A stretch of 64,000 nt of DNA from Felis catus (taxonomy: Eukaryota), in the NCBI RefSeq assembly GCF_018350175.1, contig NC_058368.1:229092001-229156000 (forward strand), written 5' to 3'. The position numbers and the translations under genes are program-made. Below the pieces are notes generated by a model, which saw nothing but the letters and a program-made list of their open reading frames with translations, did no database searches and was not told the DNA's origin. Position 1 is the first letter of the stretch, and each line of letters starts with the position of its first letter. Positions 50,170 through 64,000 of the stretch are shown here, one piece after another.

Positions 50170-51614
50170 TGAGAAAAATATATTTAAACAACTTTTAAAC
50201 TATATAAACAATGCATAAAATATTTTAAAATATGAAATGTATTTCACAACACACACACAAAAAAAACAAATGAGAGTTTACTAGTATTGCACAATATAAG
50301 TAATATATAATCAATGCAAACTTTTCAGCTGAAAGTTTAAATATTTATTCAAAAATAGAAATTGCCATTATTTATTGAGAATTTGCTTTTGGCATATACT
50401 GTGCCAAATTTTCAACATATTTTTTCCCATAATTGTTCACAACTCTCCTGTGGGGTGCATGTTGCAGCTATGCCCATTTTCTATTGTAAAACCACAATAC
50501 ATGGGTGCAAATAATTAAATTCAAAAGTGAACTAAGCAAGAATGATCAGTCTCCAAAATCCACAAAAACGTGAAAAAAATCTCTAATTTCCAAATATGAA
50601 GCTATATGGAAATATTAAAAAGGATGATTGAGACTTGTAATTTTCACTTTCTTGAAAATGGCAAGTATTCCTAGTTTCAAAGACTAAAAGAGACCATTTC
50701 TTAATGTGTATTTCAAGCAGTCCCGTACCAAAAGGAGAGGAAAAGGAACGAATGTCTTAAAATACATTATTTTTATATGAAATTTTTACCAATAAAATCA
50801 GATCTCACATTTTGAAAACATTTTTAATGTGAGATAAAAAATATATATTCTCTTATGAAGGATGTTTAATGATTATTATGAGGGAATATACTTTGAACAA
50901 GCTGGCTTCATTACCAGAAATCATCTTCAAGTAGACAAGAAATTAATTTGTATTGTCTTGTATAAATACAAATTTAAATATGTATCAACTCTAAAAATTT
51001 CAATATTAAACTTTTTCCCCCAATCCTGTCTTTTTAATCAGGATACTCTATAGATATAGGTAGGTAACCAATATAATAATCAAAGTTCTACTTATCAGTT
51101 ATTAGTCTAATTTCAAAGTCAGCAATTTAAAAAAATAGATTGCCACAAAATAGCAAAGCTGTATTTTTACATGATGCCAAATGTTATTTTTTTCAGTAAG
51201 GGAAGATGCTAGGACTGTTCAGTAGATAACAATATATAGGCAAATTTGGAGAAAACATATTTAATTATCTGAACTAAAGTCACTACTTTTCTAGGCTTTG
51301 CAAATAGCAGAAACTAGTTCTCATGCATTCATAGACCCCCAAAAAAGTCAGATTAACAACAAATCAGTGAAATTAGATTCCCAAATATATCTAGTTCTGT
51401 GCTCCTTACAGGATTAGCTAAAAATTCTCACAGACAATAAATATGAATTATACTGATTAAAAAAATGTCTTCTTAGAAAATAATTGCCCCTACATTGTCA
51501 TCAAAGTTCAAAACTGAAAAATATCTTGCTGAAATACCAAATACATTCTTGGAAATACATTAAAATAGAAAAGCGGAGATTCTGTAATTTTCTAAAAAAT
51601 GCACTGGGATTTTG

Positions 51615-52500
51615 TCACTCATTCATTCATCCACAAGTGTATTCAACATTCTGCATCTATACCATACTGTACTAAATCTGTATTAGTAAATGAACTTCGA
51701 GTATTGAATGAAAGAGATAAAAATTTCCATAGCCCTGGCTTCACGATGCTTATATTTTGGTGTGTAACGTTCTAATGTTGGAAAATATACACGATCAGTA
51801 GAACATATAGCATGTTATTTTAAGTGCAAAAGATAACATTAGGGACTGCTAGTCTAGAAGGGGACTGCAAATATAAGTAGGGTGGTCAGAGATTCACATA
51901 TGGAAAAAGTGGTATGTGAAGTAAAAACAAAAGCTGAAGAAAGGAACATGGGCATATAGGAGAAAAGAGCAAAGCGTAACGGTGTGAGGTGGGCTCTGTA
52001 GGCATCATGGTCTAGAACAGCAAAGACACCTCCATGCTGCATCAGAGTGAACTAGGGAAAGAACAGTAGAGAATGAATGCATCATAAAGCATTGGAGGAA
52101 CTAGATTTTATAGGATGTTAGAGTCATTTGTGTTAAAGGGATGGGCATTTCCTCAGTTTGATGGGAGAGATTAGGAGAGGTTTTAGCAGAAGAGTGAAAA
52201 TATATGACTTACTTTTCAAAGGAGCCTTAATCTGGCTACCTCTGGAAGCATCTGAATTGCCATGTAAAGGGAAGGTTGAGGACTTGAGTATAGATAGTCA
52301 AGGAGGATGCAGGGAAGACATATAAGACATATACTAAAATCAAAGAGGTGTGAAATGATGGCAGCTTCAACAGGGTAATAGCAAAGGAGGTAAAGAGAAA
52401 ACTCAGTCTTTGGATGTGTTTTGAAATTAGAATAGATAGAATTAGTATGGATTGAACGTGTGTTGGGACAGGCAGAGAAAAAAAAAGTAAAACAGAAGAA
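51615..52500 (-). mobile_element. L2 LINE 3' region
   Basis: L2 tail 'cactcattcattcatccacaagtgtattcaaca' and 'gaggttttagcagaagagtgaaaatatatgacttacttttcaaagg'. Confidence 0.8.
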
Positions 52501-53519
52501 TGATAGTGGTGCTTTTCAGAGAGATAAGAGAGACTCCTGGAGGAACTTAATCATGGGAGAAGAGCAATTTGCCTTCCCAATTCCTACTTCCAAAAAGTCT
52601 AGTAACACTCCAACAGCAGTTTGGGCTCCCTCTTTTCCTCTGGGCTATCACAAGCAACTGCCTTTCTGGTGCTTCTTTTCTCAAAACAATGTAAGGATTA
52701 CTGTGATTCTATTTTATTCTCAATTGCTCATATTTTGGCATTTCTTAGAATATGTTGTCACTTAATGTGGCGTATTAACATGGCTGCCAATTCTTAACAA
52801 TTTTTCCATCAAAGATGGAGCCTTTGCCCTACACCTTAAATTTGGGACGTTTTCATGGTGGCTTCAATAAATAGCACCCAGTAGAATGACACTGTACCAG
52901 TGCTGTTAGAACTGGAAGTTTCATATTGCTGTTGAGTCTAAAATGTATAGGGCAACCAGATGTTTTTCCTGAATTCCAGTATCATAAAATCAAATTACGT
53001 TCCATGCTTTGAACACTTCCCTAAGTTTGTCTAAGGAACTCTCTACTATATGAAGATAGCTGTTTTCATTATATCTAATAAATATTGAATTGTGGAAAAC
53101 TATTTTTCTCTATGAGAGATGATCATGTGATTTACATATATTCTATTCTTCCCAACTAATTACTAAATTGCTTTCCGTACTTTATTTTCACACTTTAAGA
53201 ATATTTACTGCATCTTTCTTCTGCCAACATTCAAATTAATCATATATCTCATATCATCCAAAATAATTTTTTATCAGGCTCATTATTTTTTAAAGTAAGA
53301 TGCAATACATTAAAATATCATATTTATTATTTGAAAAAGACAAGCTTGCTTTAAATATCATTTAATAGAAATATTTGCAAATGTAAAGATTAAGATAGTA
53401 TTAGTAAATTATTCTTTAAAATTAAATATAAGAATGCACTTTCTATCAGGTCACTCTTACTACTCTACAGATCATGATTTCAATGAGCTCATTACAAAGT
53501 AAACTTAAAAAAACATTGC

Positions 53520-53715
53520 TTTAATGTTTATTTGTTTTGAGAGAAGAATGAGTGCAAGTGGGAGAGGGGCAGAGAGAGTGAGGAAGAGAGAAACCCAAGC
53601 AGACTGCAGTCAGCCCAGAGCGTGATGCAGGGCTTGAACTCACAAACTGTGAGATCATGACTTGAGCCAAAATCAAGAGTCAGACGCTTAACCAACTGAG
53701 CCAGCCAGATGCCCC
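53520..53715 (-). mobile_element. CanSINE (older)
   Basis: Antisense head ending gatgcccc; flanks taaaaaaaca. Confidence 0.93.
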
Positions 53716-53939
53716 TAAAAAACAATTTTCTAAGCAAAGTGTTTAAATTTATTTATTTAGTAGTATAAACATAGTTTAGGTACCCGATATATATATTTTA
53801 ATAGTATAAGGTTTTAATTAACTTCAGTATTAGCCTTAATACCAATTTAAATAATTCAAAGTAATTAGTTTCACAAAAGAGTGTATTTGCTACAACCAAG
53901 ATTGAAAATGAAACCGGAGTGAGTAATCATTTACTTAGC

Positions 53940-53993
53940 TTACAAAATTATAATGCAACGTCTACATTACAAAATTATAATGCAATGTCTACA
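53940..53993. repeat. 27-bp tandem duplication
   Basis: ttacaaaattataatgcaa[c/t]gtctaca twice; single CpG>TpG difference. Confidence 0.95.
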
Positions 53994-55306
53994 AAGGTAA
54001 AGGAAACCAGAAATAAACATAACAAAATGATTCTAATCTTCTGTCTCTAGATCTATGAATTCTAATTATAAGTTATTTCTTTACGACCTCCCTATGGAGA
54101 AAATGAGAACCACTCTTATTATCCTATAGCTGTGGGTTAGGAATGCTTTTAGCATGGCATACAAAGTGATATTAATAATACCCAAGATTTGTATATCACA
54201 TCTCAAATAAGAAACTACCAATATCTGCTAGGTAATTTATTTCCTATAACAGCCTTAAGAGATTGGTAATAACATTTAATTATTGTTCCTGTCCTTTATA
54301 AAGGAGAAACATGAAGCTTCAACAGCTAAATAGCCTTTCTTAGGTGATAATAAATATTTTCTTTTCCAATTCCTTAAGCTCTATTCACAGTATTCTGATA
54401 AAAACATAATTTAAGAAACTGCAACTAATTAAAAGTCATTTATTTATCTCTTGTTATGGAAAGCAAATAATCGGTACAGGAGAAAATGGGCTGAATAAGA
54501 TAGATTTCCCATCTTGAGGAACTCCTAGTCAAGAGGAGCCCTAGGACCCATAACTACTTTCTTCTTAATAGCATGCAGGAGGTGAAATTGGATTTAGTGA
54601 TGGCTTTTATCATGTTGAAAGTTCTTCAGTCATTTCTGTGATATATTTTAACATCATTTATGCATGTATAATATAGGACTATTTAGTTAAGGCCATATGA
54701 AAAATTGAATCTTCATGATTGATTATAGAAAAATGTATACTTAAATAAATGGAGTTTTGATGGGAATTCATAATTATAGTAGAATCATTAGCATGTTTAC
54801 TAGGCAACCTATGGAAGAGAAAGTTTCTAATATGTGATGAAACTGTACCATCCTAGTCGAACCAGTAACTTGTACAGTTGAGACTATTACACTGTGTGGT
54901 AACTAACTGGAATTGGAATAAAAACTTAAAGAAAGTACACTGTCATAAATGAATCAAGGTTAACACATATAATCCTTTGAAATATCAGACAAAGATAGAA
55001 GGAACACAAAATTAGACCTTCTTTTACAGACCTACCCCAAATAAAAATATTTTTAAGTGACCATTTCACATGTGTGTGTATGTATGGGCATGTGTGTGTG
55101 TATGTGAGTGCTTATGTATGTATGCCTATACGCATATATACTGGGCATAAGTCATTATTTTATAAAATTGGCATTCAAAAAATAGAACTCCAAGCCTTTT
55201 AGTAGTAATACTTAGTTTCATTAAGTTTTTAGGATTTTGAGAAGCAATGAAAAAAATGAAGTAAATAGACATCTAACAAATATTATAATAAAGTTGTCTT
55301 TACATC

Positions 55307-55337
<31 letters not shown>

Positions 55338-56159
55338 ATTCCTCAACTGTTGCCAAATATTAAAAATATATGTATATATAGATCAGAGAAGATCCACACA
55401 GAGCTTTTAATTCAAGCCTACGACTATCAATATATTTTAGGGAAAAGCATAGAATTCAGGACGAGACTTCTCCACATACACATTTGGATAGATAACCAAA
55501 GATTACCAAATATTGGTTAAAACCAAAAGCATCAGATAAAGGATCATTTTTTTCAATGGGATCACACAAATGGAGAATGGATGTGAAGAATGAAGCACAT
55601 ATTAATTTTGAGAGAGAAAGAACATAACATCTTCCCATTTCCCCAAAGTTATGTGCTTATCTCCGTGAATTGGACGGGAAATATTTGTAATGTGACACAT
55701 AACACCCAGCTGTGTGGGATGGATTGCCAGAAAAAGACCTTGCATTCAGTCCTTACAAACCCTAGCCTTTAATCCACAAGGGTTCTGTTGCCAACACCAT
55801 GCCTATTATTATGGCTTCTGGCTTTCAGTACTATTGCATGAATCTGATTTACTTATTCAGCCAGCATGTGCAAAACACATCCTATGTGATATTCAGTGAA
55901 AATATAAACTTTGCTAGAACATACTAGTCCTTCAAGGTATTGAGGCAGTGAAATCTAAATTTTCATTTTACCATTTTAAAAAAAAGAATTAGGATAGAAT
56001 GCCAGAGAGTTAATAATGTGCAAACATTGCTAGAAATATTAAGGGAAAATGAAGTTTCTGTCTGTTTGTATACAGGGGGAGGGGACATTTTCAAGCAGAG
56101 GAAATATCACATTCAAAGGTACGGAACAGTCAGGTCATGGGACAATTGTTGCGCAATCA

Positions 56160-56316
56160 TGTTAGAACATAGTGGCTCTGAAGCAGACCATGCTGGGTCG
56201 ACATCTAACTACTAACATTTATTAACTGTGTGATGTTGCCTAAGTTTCTTAATGTCTCTGGGCCTAGTTATCTGCAAGACTAGAATACTAAGGTTTTCTA
56301 TCTAATAGAATTGTGA
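56160..56316 (+). mobile_element. MIR fragment
   Basis: 'ggctctgaagcagacc...ttattaactgtgtgatgttgcctaagtttcttaatgtctctgggcctagtt'. Confidence 0.75.
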
Positions 56317-56329
56317 TTTTAAAAAAATC

Positions 56330-56527
56330 AATGTTTATTTATTTATTTTGATAGAGAGAGCACATGTGCACACATGTGCATGCAAAGGAGAGGCAGAGAG
56401 AGGGAGAGAGAATCCCAAGCAGTATCTGGGCTGTTAGTTCAGAGCCTGATGGGGATGGGGGAGGAGGGGACTTCATCTCAGAAACCAAGGGTCTGACACT
56501 TAACCTGCTGAGCCACTCGGGCACTCC
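56330..56527 (-). mobile_element. Diverged CanSINE
   Basis: 'gagagaatcccaagcag' and 'cttaacctgctgagccactcgggcactcc'. Confidence 0.85.
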
Positions 56528-57312
56528 ATTTTTTTAAGTGTAGTTATATGCAACAAAGAGAGTTTATCAGAAAGAACCATTCAATAAATGTTAGCTATAA
56601 ATAAAGTGTAGATCAAGTACTGAGGCATAATTAGTGATAATTCTCTATATGTGGATAGGAGCCAGATTATGCATTACTTAAATGCTACAGTAGGAAGTGC
56701 GGAATTTATAGGATACCACTGAGTATTTTAAGGAAATGATCCAAGTCTTATTTTAGAAACATTATTTCAGTAGTAGTGAGAAGATTATAGGAAAATGAGA
56801 CAAAGAAAAGGAAAATACATGGGAATGTACACTATTTGAAAAGCTGAAAAAAATGATGGGAGCTAGCAGTGATGAAAAAATAGAAAATTTCCGGAAATTA
56901 TTTAGGAAATGGGCATATCTTAGGGATCTATTGCATTTGCATAATGTAAGATGTAAATTCAGATGTATGTTTAGGCTAATTATAGTAATCTCCAGCTTTT
57001 CCCCACAAGAAGAGAAAAGAGGATTTAGGAGAGATTATGAATTCGGTCTGGGGTGTATTTAGACTATCTACAGGCCATTTTAGATAGGAGAGACCAAGAA
57101 TCTTTTGACTGTTTGGGTCTGAAACTCAAAAAATTCCAAAGGCTGCATTTATGTCCATCATAAGAGATACTAGTCCTTTAGTAAATTATAGTGTTCCAAA
57201 ATTCCATTCAAAACTGCAGATCAGGATAACTACCCATATTCCAAATATCTTCACTTGGTTTTCTAACAATACTACAGTACTTTTTTTTTTCTATGAATAC
57301 AGCAGTACTTTT

Positions 57313-57526
57313 ATTTTTTTTTAATTTTGTTTTTTTAACGTTTATTTATTTTTGAGACAGAGCATGAACAGGGGAGGGTCAGAGAGAGGGAGACACAGAA
57401 TCTGAAACAGGCTCCAGGCTCTGAGCTACCAGCACAGAGCCCGACGGGGGCTCGAACTCACGGACCGCGAGATCATGACCCGAGCTGAAGTCGGCCGCTT
57501 AACCGACTGAGCCACCCAGGCGCCCC
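57313..57526 (-). mobile_element. Young CanSINE (SINEC_Fc)
   Basis: CpG-rich; perfect TSD aatacagcagtactttt at 57296-57312 and 57528-57544. Confidence 0.97.
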
Positions 57527-58159
57527 AAATACAGCAGTACTTTTAGATTGTTGTTTAAGATTATGTTTGTTTTGCCCTATTGCAAAAATACAGAAATAAT
57601 GAATCTGTGGTTTCTAAGAAGTAAAGTATTGTGAGGAGCCCATAGTATTAGTGTTATTAATATGACTCTATGAGATTGCCTTTCAATGTTTTACTTAGGA
57701 GGAGGGTTACCACTCAACATACAAATTTAAAAATCACCCCAAGTATAGAGAGGTAAGACTGTAAGTTTATAGTAAGACATCTCATCAAGTTTTTCTGAAT
57801 GAAGAAAGAAAATGTTAATAAAATGGCAACTAACAGAAGAAAAAAAACGAGGTCAAAGAGCAGGAACTTTTGGAGGCTTCTACATTTCTAAAGGATCAGG
57901 TGTTCTAACTATTTGCAGTAAACTTTTCAGTCCATTAATTTCTGGAAGGCATAAATGTACGTGTCACTGCATCTTACTACGTGTCAATATCTATAATTAT
58001 ATTATGCAATCTATTATTTTTGCATGCATTCATCTCTTTGCTGGATTATGGCCTCCGCAGAGGCAGGCATTTGTGTAGTAGATCATACCCTTCCTCGTAA
58101 ACCCAAAGAAATCATTCCCGAAAATATATCCAGTTTGCAAGAATATTCTGTGTTTTCTT

Positions 58160-58885
58160 GTGCTAGTCAGGTTTGCTGTGATAACAAAAGCCTCAAAATC
58201 TTAGTGACTTACACAAAGGATTTACAAATGGTCGTGACTTACAATTGTTTGACTTAACGATTTTTCAGTGGTGTGAAAATGATAAACATTTAGTAGAAAT
58301 AGTAGTTGGAATTTTAAATTTGGATATTTTCCCCAGGCAGTGATATGTGAGATGATCCTCTCTCGTGAGGTTGGGCAGCGGGGGCAGCTCCCAGTCGGCC
58401 ACTCGATAAGAAGGTCAACAACCATCAGCAACCAAGATGCTGACAACCTTCTGTACCCATTCAATCATTCTGTTTTTCATTTTCATTACAGTATGCAATG
58501 AATTACATGAGATAATCAACACTTTATTATAAAATAGGCTTTGTGTCAAATGATTTTGCCCAATATAGGCTCATGGAAGTGTTCTGGGCTTGTTTAAGGT
58601 AGGCTAGGCTAAGCTACGGTGCTCAGGAGGCTAGCTGTGTTAAATGCAATTTCAACTTAGTGATATTTTCAACTTATCTGGCTTTATTTGGATGTAGCCC
58701 TATCATAGGCTGAGGAAGAACTGTATTTATTATTAACAGTTTATAGTAGCAGCTATGCTTTTGTCTCTATGGCAAATGGGTCTGCTTTGTTTTGCTTGGC
58801 TCTTGTCCATATACCTCCTCATACTGGGGTCCAGCATGAAGTTGCTATCTGTCTCTGGGACAGATCTGCTCTTGTGGGGAAGAAA
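58160..58885 (-). mobile_element. Old MaLR LTR (MLT1-like) split by a Tigger insertion
   Basis: 'tagtcaggtttgctgtgataacaaaagcctcaaaatcttagtgacttacacaaaggattta' resumes after 58725 with '...cctcatactggggtccagc'. Confidence 0.65.
58225..58723 (-). mobile_element. Tigger5/MER47-family Tc1-mariner fossil
   Basis: TA dinucleotides on both flanks; diagnostic 'aacactttattataaaataggctttgtg...tttaaggtaggctaggctaagcta'; degenerate TIRs. Confidence 0.88.
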
Positions 58886-58889
58886 TCAA

Positions 58890-59900
58890 ATGGAATTATA
58901 GAGTATGTATAGTTTTGGCCAGCTTCGTTTGCTTGGCAATGTTTTTGATATCAGCCATATCATATTGTGCAACGATAGTTCATTTCTTTATCTGGATGAG
59001 TAATATTCCATTTTACAGATATACCCAAATTTGCTTATCCATTTACTCGTTAATGGACATGTGACTTGCTTCCAAATTTTGACCTTTAGGAATAAAGCTG
59101 CTATCAACATTTATGTAGAAGAATTTGTATGGAATTAAATTTTCTGTTCTTTTGGACAAATTGCAAAGTAATGTGGGGAAATTGTATTTTTAAGTTTTCA
59201 AAACTTGCCAAATTATTTTCCAAAGTTGAAATATTTTCCATTTCCACTAACCATGTATAACTATTTGCTCCACAAATCTGCCAACTCTAAACATTATCAG
59301 TCTTTAACTGTAATCATTATGCATGGAGTACTATGTATTGATATACAATAGAAGCTGTAATTTGTATTTCTCTGATGATGATGAGGTAGAATTCTTGTTT
59401 ACATGGTTATTTGCCTTCATAAAAGTTCTTTAGCAAGGTGCCTAGTCAAATATTTTGTCCATTTTTGTTTTTTCATTTTTATTATCAATACTTTTAAAGG
59501 TTCTTAATATATTCTGTGTACAAGTCCTCATTAGTTTATATAATCTCAAAATAATTTCCCAATTTGTGTATTTTTATTTTTTATTTCCCAAATGGTGTCT
59601 TTAAAGAGAAGACATTATATTGATCTGTTTATCCAATTTTTATTGGCTCACGTTATTTGTGTTTTATACAAGAAATTTTGCTGGCCTAATTTTGCAAACT
59701 TTCTCCTGAATTTTCTTGTAGTTTTACATTTTAGTTTGGATATGTAAGTCTATGATCCATTTCAACAATTTTTTATCTATGGTATGAAGTGACTTTTAGA
59801 GTTCATTTTTTTCCATACTGATATTCAGTAGTTCCTATGCAGCTTGTTAAAATGAATGCCGTTTCCTCATTAAATTACTGTAGCTCCTTCAGCAAAGTAA
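58890..59900 (-). mobile_element. Ancient L1 3' region (L1M-type)
   Basis: 'gagtaatattccattttacagatatacc...aataaagctgctatcaacatt', 'taagtctatgatccatttc'. Confidence 0.8.
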
Positions 59901-60014
59901 CTGGTGAGAAAGAATGAATGAGAAAGAGAAATAATTAAAAAAAATTAAATAAAGTTGCAAAAAACTACATGAAGGAAGAACCACTGGCAGAGCTGAGTGG
60001 TCAGAAAAGCTCCA

Positions 60015-60232
60015 GGGGCACCTGGGTGGCTCAGTCAGTTAAACATCTGACTTCGGCTCAGGTCATGATCTCATGTTCATGGGTTCAAGCCCTGCATCAG
60101 GTAACGTGCTGACAGCTCAGAGCCTGGAGCCTGCTTTGGATTCTGTGTCTCCCTCTCTCTCTGACCCTCCCCAACTTGCACTCTGTCTCTGTCTCTCAAA
60201 AAATAAAATAAAACATTACAAAAATTTTTTTA
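60015..60232 (+). mobile_element. CanSINE
   Basis: Full-length; flanks aaaagctcca / aaagcctcca. Confidence 0.95.
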
Positions 60233-61059
60233 AACATGAAAGCCTCCAGACACAGGAACAAAGAGGTGAAATATTTATTAGTTCAAAATTTAAAATGAGA
60301 AACTGAAAACAAAATTAAAAAGGTCACCATTAAGGAAATGGATGCAGTTATTATTTTCTTCCATAAATTTGAAAAAGTTTCCTTGAAAATTGACTAATTA
60401 GCCTTGCCACCACTATCCCAGAATTCACTGATATTTGTAGCCAGCTGGATGCTCTTTCAGAGGGTTGTTGATGGACTCTGCACTTTGTGCATCTGTTTGT
60501 AAAACAAAAATTGGAGATGCTCTTTTAATGGGGGTGGGACCCAACAGGGATAGCAATAAGGATACGATTGGTGCACTGAGACAAATACTTCAGAGAAAGA
60601 TGAACTAGCACCATGCATTTCGGGGTGTATCTGTTGTCTCTGGATGTGCAAAGGTTGTAGGAGTCCAAGTTCTAGGGTCTCCGTGAGACATTCTTTGGCA
60701 GGTGAGAAACACCAATAAATTTTTGATACGAACAATTATCCTGTAATTCTCCATTTCTCCGGAGTTTTGAAGAGGAAGATAGTGACCTAAAAATATTCCT
60801 TGAAATTATTAATTTGGAAAATAGATGAAATAAATTGACTTAAGTGATTTTATCATAGCAGTGATTACACATAATATCCCAGGAATGCCAAGAACCGATG
60901 AATGTTGTGCGAGGAAAATACAGTGCGTATAAATTTTTGGATAGTAAATACCATGAAGAAAAATAGCAGAGTTAACTCCATCTATTCCAATTCCCACTAG
61001 CATGAGTTAGCATCATGTACGTTTAAATTAGCATAAATTAATGCCACTAACATTGCACG

Positions 61060-61255
61060 CTGAGTGTTTTAAACAGATACACTGTATCATGCAGTTGTCA
61101 TAAAAGCCCAAGAAATAGGGTCTTACGGTGACAGGTATGACGAAACTGAGGTTCACACGGATGGAACAACTGTCTACATATATTGGCTGGTAAGTAGGAA
61201 AAAGGGTGTGTGAACCCAAGACTCTCTGACTCAGAAGTTCACATTCCTGCCACTG
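61060..61255 (-). mobile_element. MIR fragment
   Basis: 'gacgaaactgaggttcacacgg...tgaacccaagactctctgactcagaag'. Confidence 0.7.
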
Positions 61256-61394
61256 TATCATACCGCCACCCATTAATGCCCCGATTAACATGGAAGGGGA
61301 GAAACATTTACAGCCAAATGATAGATTGTGGTTCTCTTTCACACACTCCCAACATGTATGGCATCCTTAACACACACTGTATCCCCCAGGGACT

Positions 61395-61770
61395 CGCCTG
61401 GATGACTCACTGATATTTCCAGAAATCTCACTTTCTCAGGAACCTTATCCTGACCTCCTAATTCACTAGTGCACACAGCCATTCCCGCATCACACAATGA
61501 CAATCGTGTTGAACCCGCTTTGCTTTGCTTTTCCTCACTAGCACATATCATCTTCTAATATACCATATCATTTAAATATTTATTATAGATTTTTCTGCCA
61601 CCCCAAACAGAAGAGAAGTTCCACAAAGGCAGAGCTCTTTTATTATTATTATTGTGTTTGTTGTTGTTGTCGTTGAAGTCAGTATGGTTATTTTACGTTT
61701 TCTTATGTATCTAGAATGGTATCTGGATACATAAAGTAATCATTCAGTAATTTTTTGATGGAAAAAATAA
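61395..61770 (+). mobile_element. L2 3' fragment followed by (GAAG)n
   Basis: 'aagttccacaaaggcagag...tgtatctagaatggtatctggatacataaagtaatcattcagtaat'. Confidence 0.7.
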
Positions 61771-64000
61771 AGAAAGGAAAGGAAGGAAGGAAGGAAGGAG
61801 GGAGGAAATTGAAAACTATGGGAATTCAGGAGAAAATAATTTTATTCTTTATTTAAATTGGGTATATCTTCCTAGAAATATCATGCTGTTGCTACTGTAA
61901 CCATTTTATTGTCAAAATTGAAATGTAAGAAACAGTATTCAAAATTGAATTTCATCTCTATTTATAATTTTTGTAATTACATTAATGTGCCACATTTGCC
62001 TCATAGATGATAGTCACAGTCACCTACTTTACTTGAAAGGACACCTCTGTATTGGCTCAAGTTGTATTTGCTTAACTAAATCATTTAATATGATTCTTAA
62101 AGTTCTGCTTCAGCATGAAGACTTTCCAAATGAATTATACATTCCCTCCGTGCATTGCTCTAAATAATCATTTCCCACCCTCTTGACAGATTATAACAGA
62201 AGGAAACCATCATGACAAAGAATAAGGCTGCATGCCAGGAGACAAAAGGCGAGATCAAAATAAATAATATCAAAGACAGAAGTCAAAGATGTAAGAGAGT
62301 CACAAAAAGTGAATGATGCAGCCAAGTGACAGGAGTTGCAGTAAATTCAGAAAGACTTACAACTTCTTCTTTAGTCAAATATATGACAGGCCCTGCTTTG
62401 TGCATTTACACCCCCCATGGTATAACGCGCTTCGGGATTCTTTAGAGGGCATATTACTGACTAGAGTGCTTTGTAGCTTGTGAGGTTCAAAGTTCTTCAT
62501 GAAATACACCTGAGATCCTGCAGGGCTTTGCTGATTGATTTAACATACCATCCGCAGATTTAATTATCTTAAAATTCAACATGAAACTACATTTTGATAC
62601 ACTCTCATGAGAAAATGGTCTAATCTTTCATTATACTAAGGCTTTTACAGTTCTATGAGGCATATCTTAAAAATGAGAATTCTCTTCTGAATGGATGTAA
62701 CGCTAGCCAGGTAAATAAAGAAAGACAACTTCTACCTGCTAGCCTGATCCCCAGTAGTCCTCTCTAATCATGGATACCAGAGTGCACCCCAAAATATAGA
62801 GTTCTTGTTAGGGTTCAATCAATGAAAAGCGTAGTCACCTGGCAGCATTTTAATTAATACAGAAAAGAAATGAACTAATGCAAGCTGATCGAAATAACTC
62901 TTAATAAATATGTTCCAATGTCAAATAGTGTTTTGATAAGAAGGTTTTAGCTCTGTCTCCAGGGACTAGAGGTGAAGTACATATTGGCTGAACAGTAAAG
63001 ATGGAGATAATTGCAATGTAATTCATGAATCGCATCTTTCAACAAGTTGAATGTTATATTTACCCTCTCTTAAAATGATATTTATTATATCTGAACTCTA
63101 GCATCTTAAGTGGCTAGAGTGTTGCAGGACGTATCCTGTCAGTATGAGTCTTAGAAACATAACCTGAGAACTATATTGAAAGGTCAATCAATGTTTCCAT
63201 TTCCAGTTTCTCATCGTTTTACTTCGTCATGTTAAATTACATGGTAATATAATGTGCTTTCTTTCCATTTAGATTTCAGCTTAGTAAAAATAAGACAATG
63301 GCAAGCTGATGATGCGACACATTTTAACATTCTCCAGGCACATTAAGTGTTTGTTACTGCTGTTCCTTTTGAAAGCAAGGAGTAATCAAAGGAAAGATAG
63401 AGAACTACATCAGTTCCACTTTGTGCACGTTTTTGGCAAATAGATGTAGAGAAATTAATGAACAATGGGCTAAAGTAGATGCGTTCTTATTTTCCCCAGA
63501 AAATATGAAATGAACAGATATAGTCTTGAAACTCTCTTCAGGCTTTTATAAAAAAGTCCAAGGACATTTCAAGGTGGGGAAAAATTAAACTTTGATTTGT
63601 TTGCATTTATACCCATAAGCCTACAATGTTGGAATAACTGTAGGCATTGAAAAAACATGTCTGGGTAGAATAAACTGAGAAATAGATAATAAGGCTACCC
63701 TCTTAAAAAAAAACCAACATCTCACATCCCTTTGATGTTGGAGAAAGCTTTTTAGTTCTCTATTCGAGAACATGCAAAATTTTGTGAGATGTAACATGAT
63801 TTTATGTATTCACTCCAAATTAAAAACTACAGCTAGAAGGCCACTAAATTAATTTTTTTATGACTCCATTTTAACATCAGTTATTTAACCGAATGTAAAG
63901 AGGAACTAGATGAAGATAAATATTCACAAATATTTATCTGATTAATATGATTACTTTTTGGATACTTATTCTTGTACTCTGCACAACATATCATATCAGA

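Noticed and set aside
60461..60700. Possible exon between 'ctctttcag' and 'CAG|gtgaga'
   Set aside because: The two reading frames I translated hit stops and no product is recognisable.

Overview
AT-rich mammalian non-coding DNA, almost certainly from a felid (cat-family) genome. It carries about 34 carnivore tRNA-derived SINEs (CanSINE / SINEC_Fc type), a felid-type L1 3' end, many older L1, L2 and MIR fragments, MaLR/ERVL/ERV1-type solo LTRs and fossil DNA transposons (MER20, MER33, Tigger5/MER47). I found no protein-coding exon or RNA gene that I can support. The ORFs in the track are read-throughs of SINEs, L1 or microsatellites, or chance ORFs, so the window looks intergenic or deep-intronic. 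Repeat family names are recognised from remembered consensus features, not from a search, and boundaries of old repeats are approximate. The most unusual structure is a ~320-bp inverted duplication (30504-31051, interrupted by a SINE, versus 40078-40395) bracketing ~9 kb and containing a 47/47 identical block. Second is a repeat-free, CpG-enriched island at ~9.7-10.45 kb with promoter-like motifs and a strong splice donor, a possible first exon or 15-nt microexon. I do not see convincing evidence for a new biological system; the findings are structural and regulatory hypotheses.
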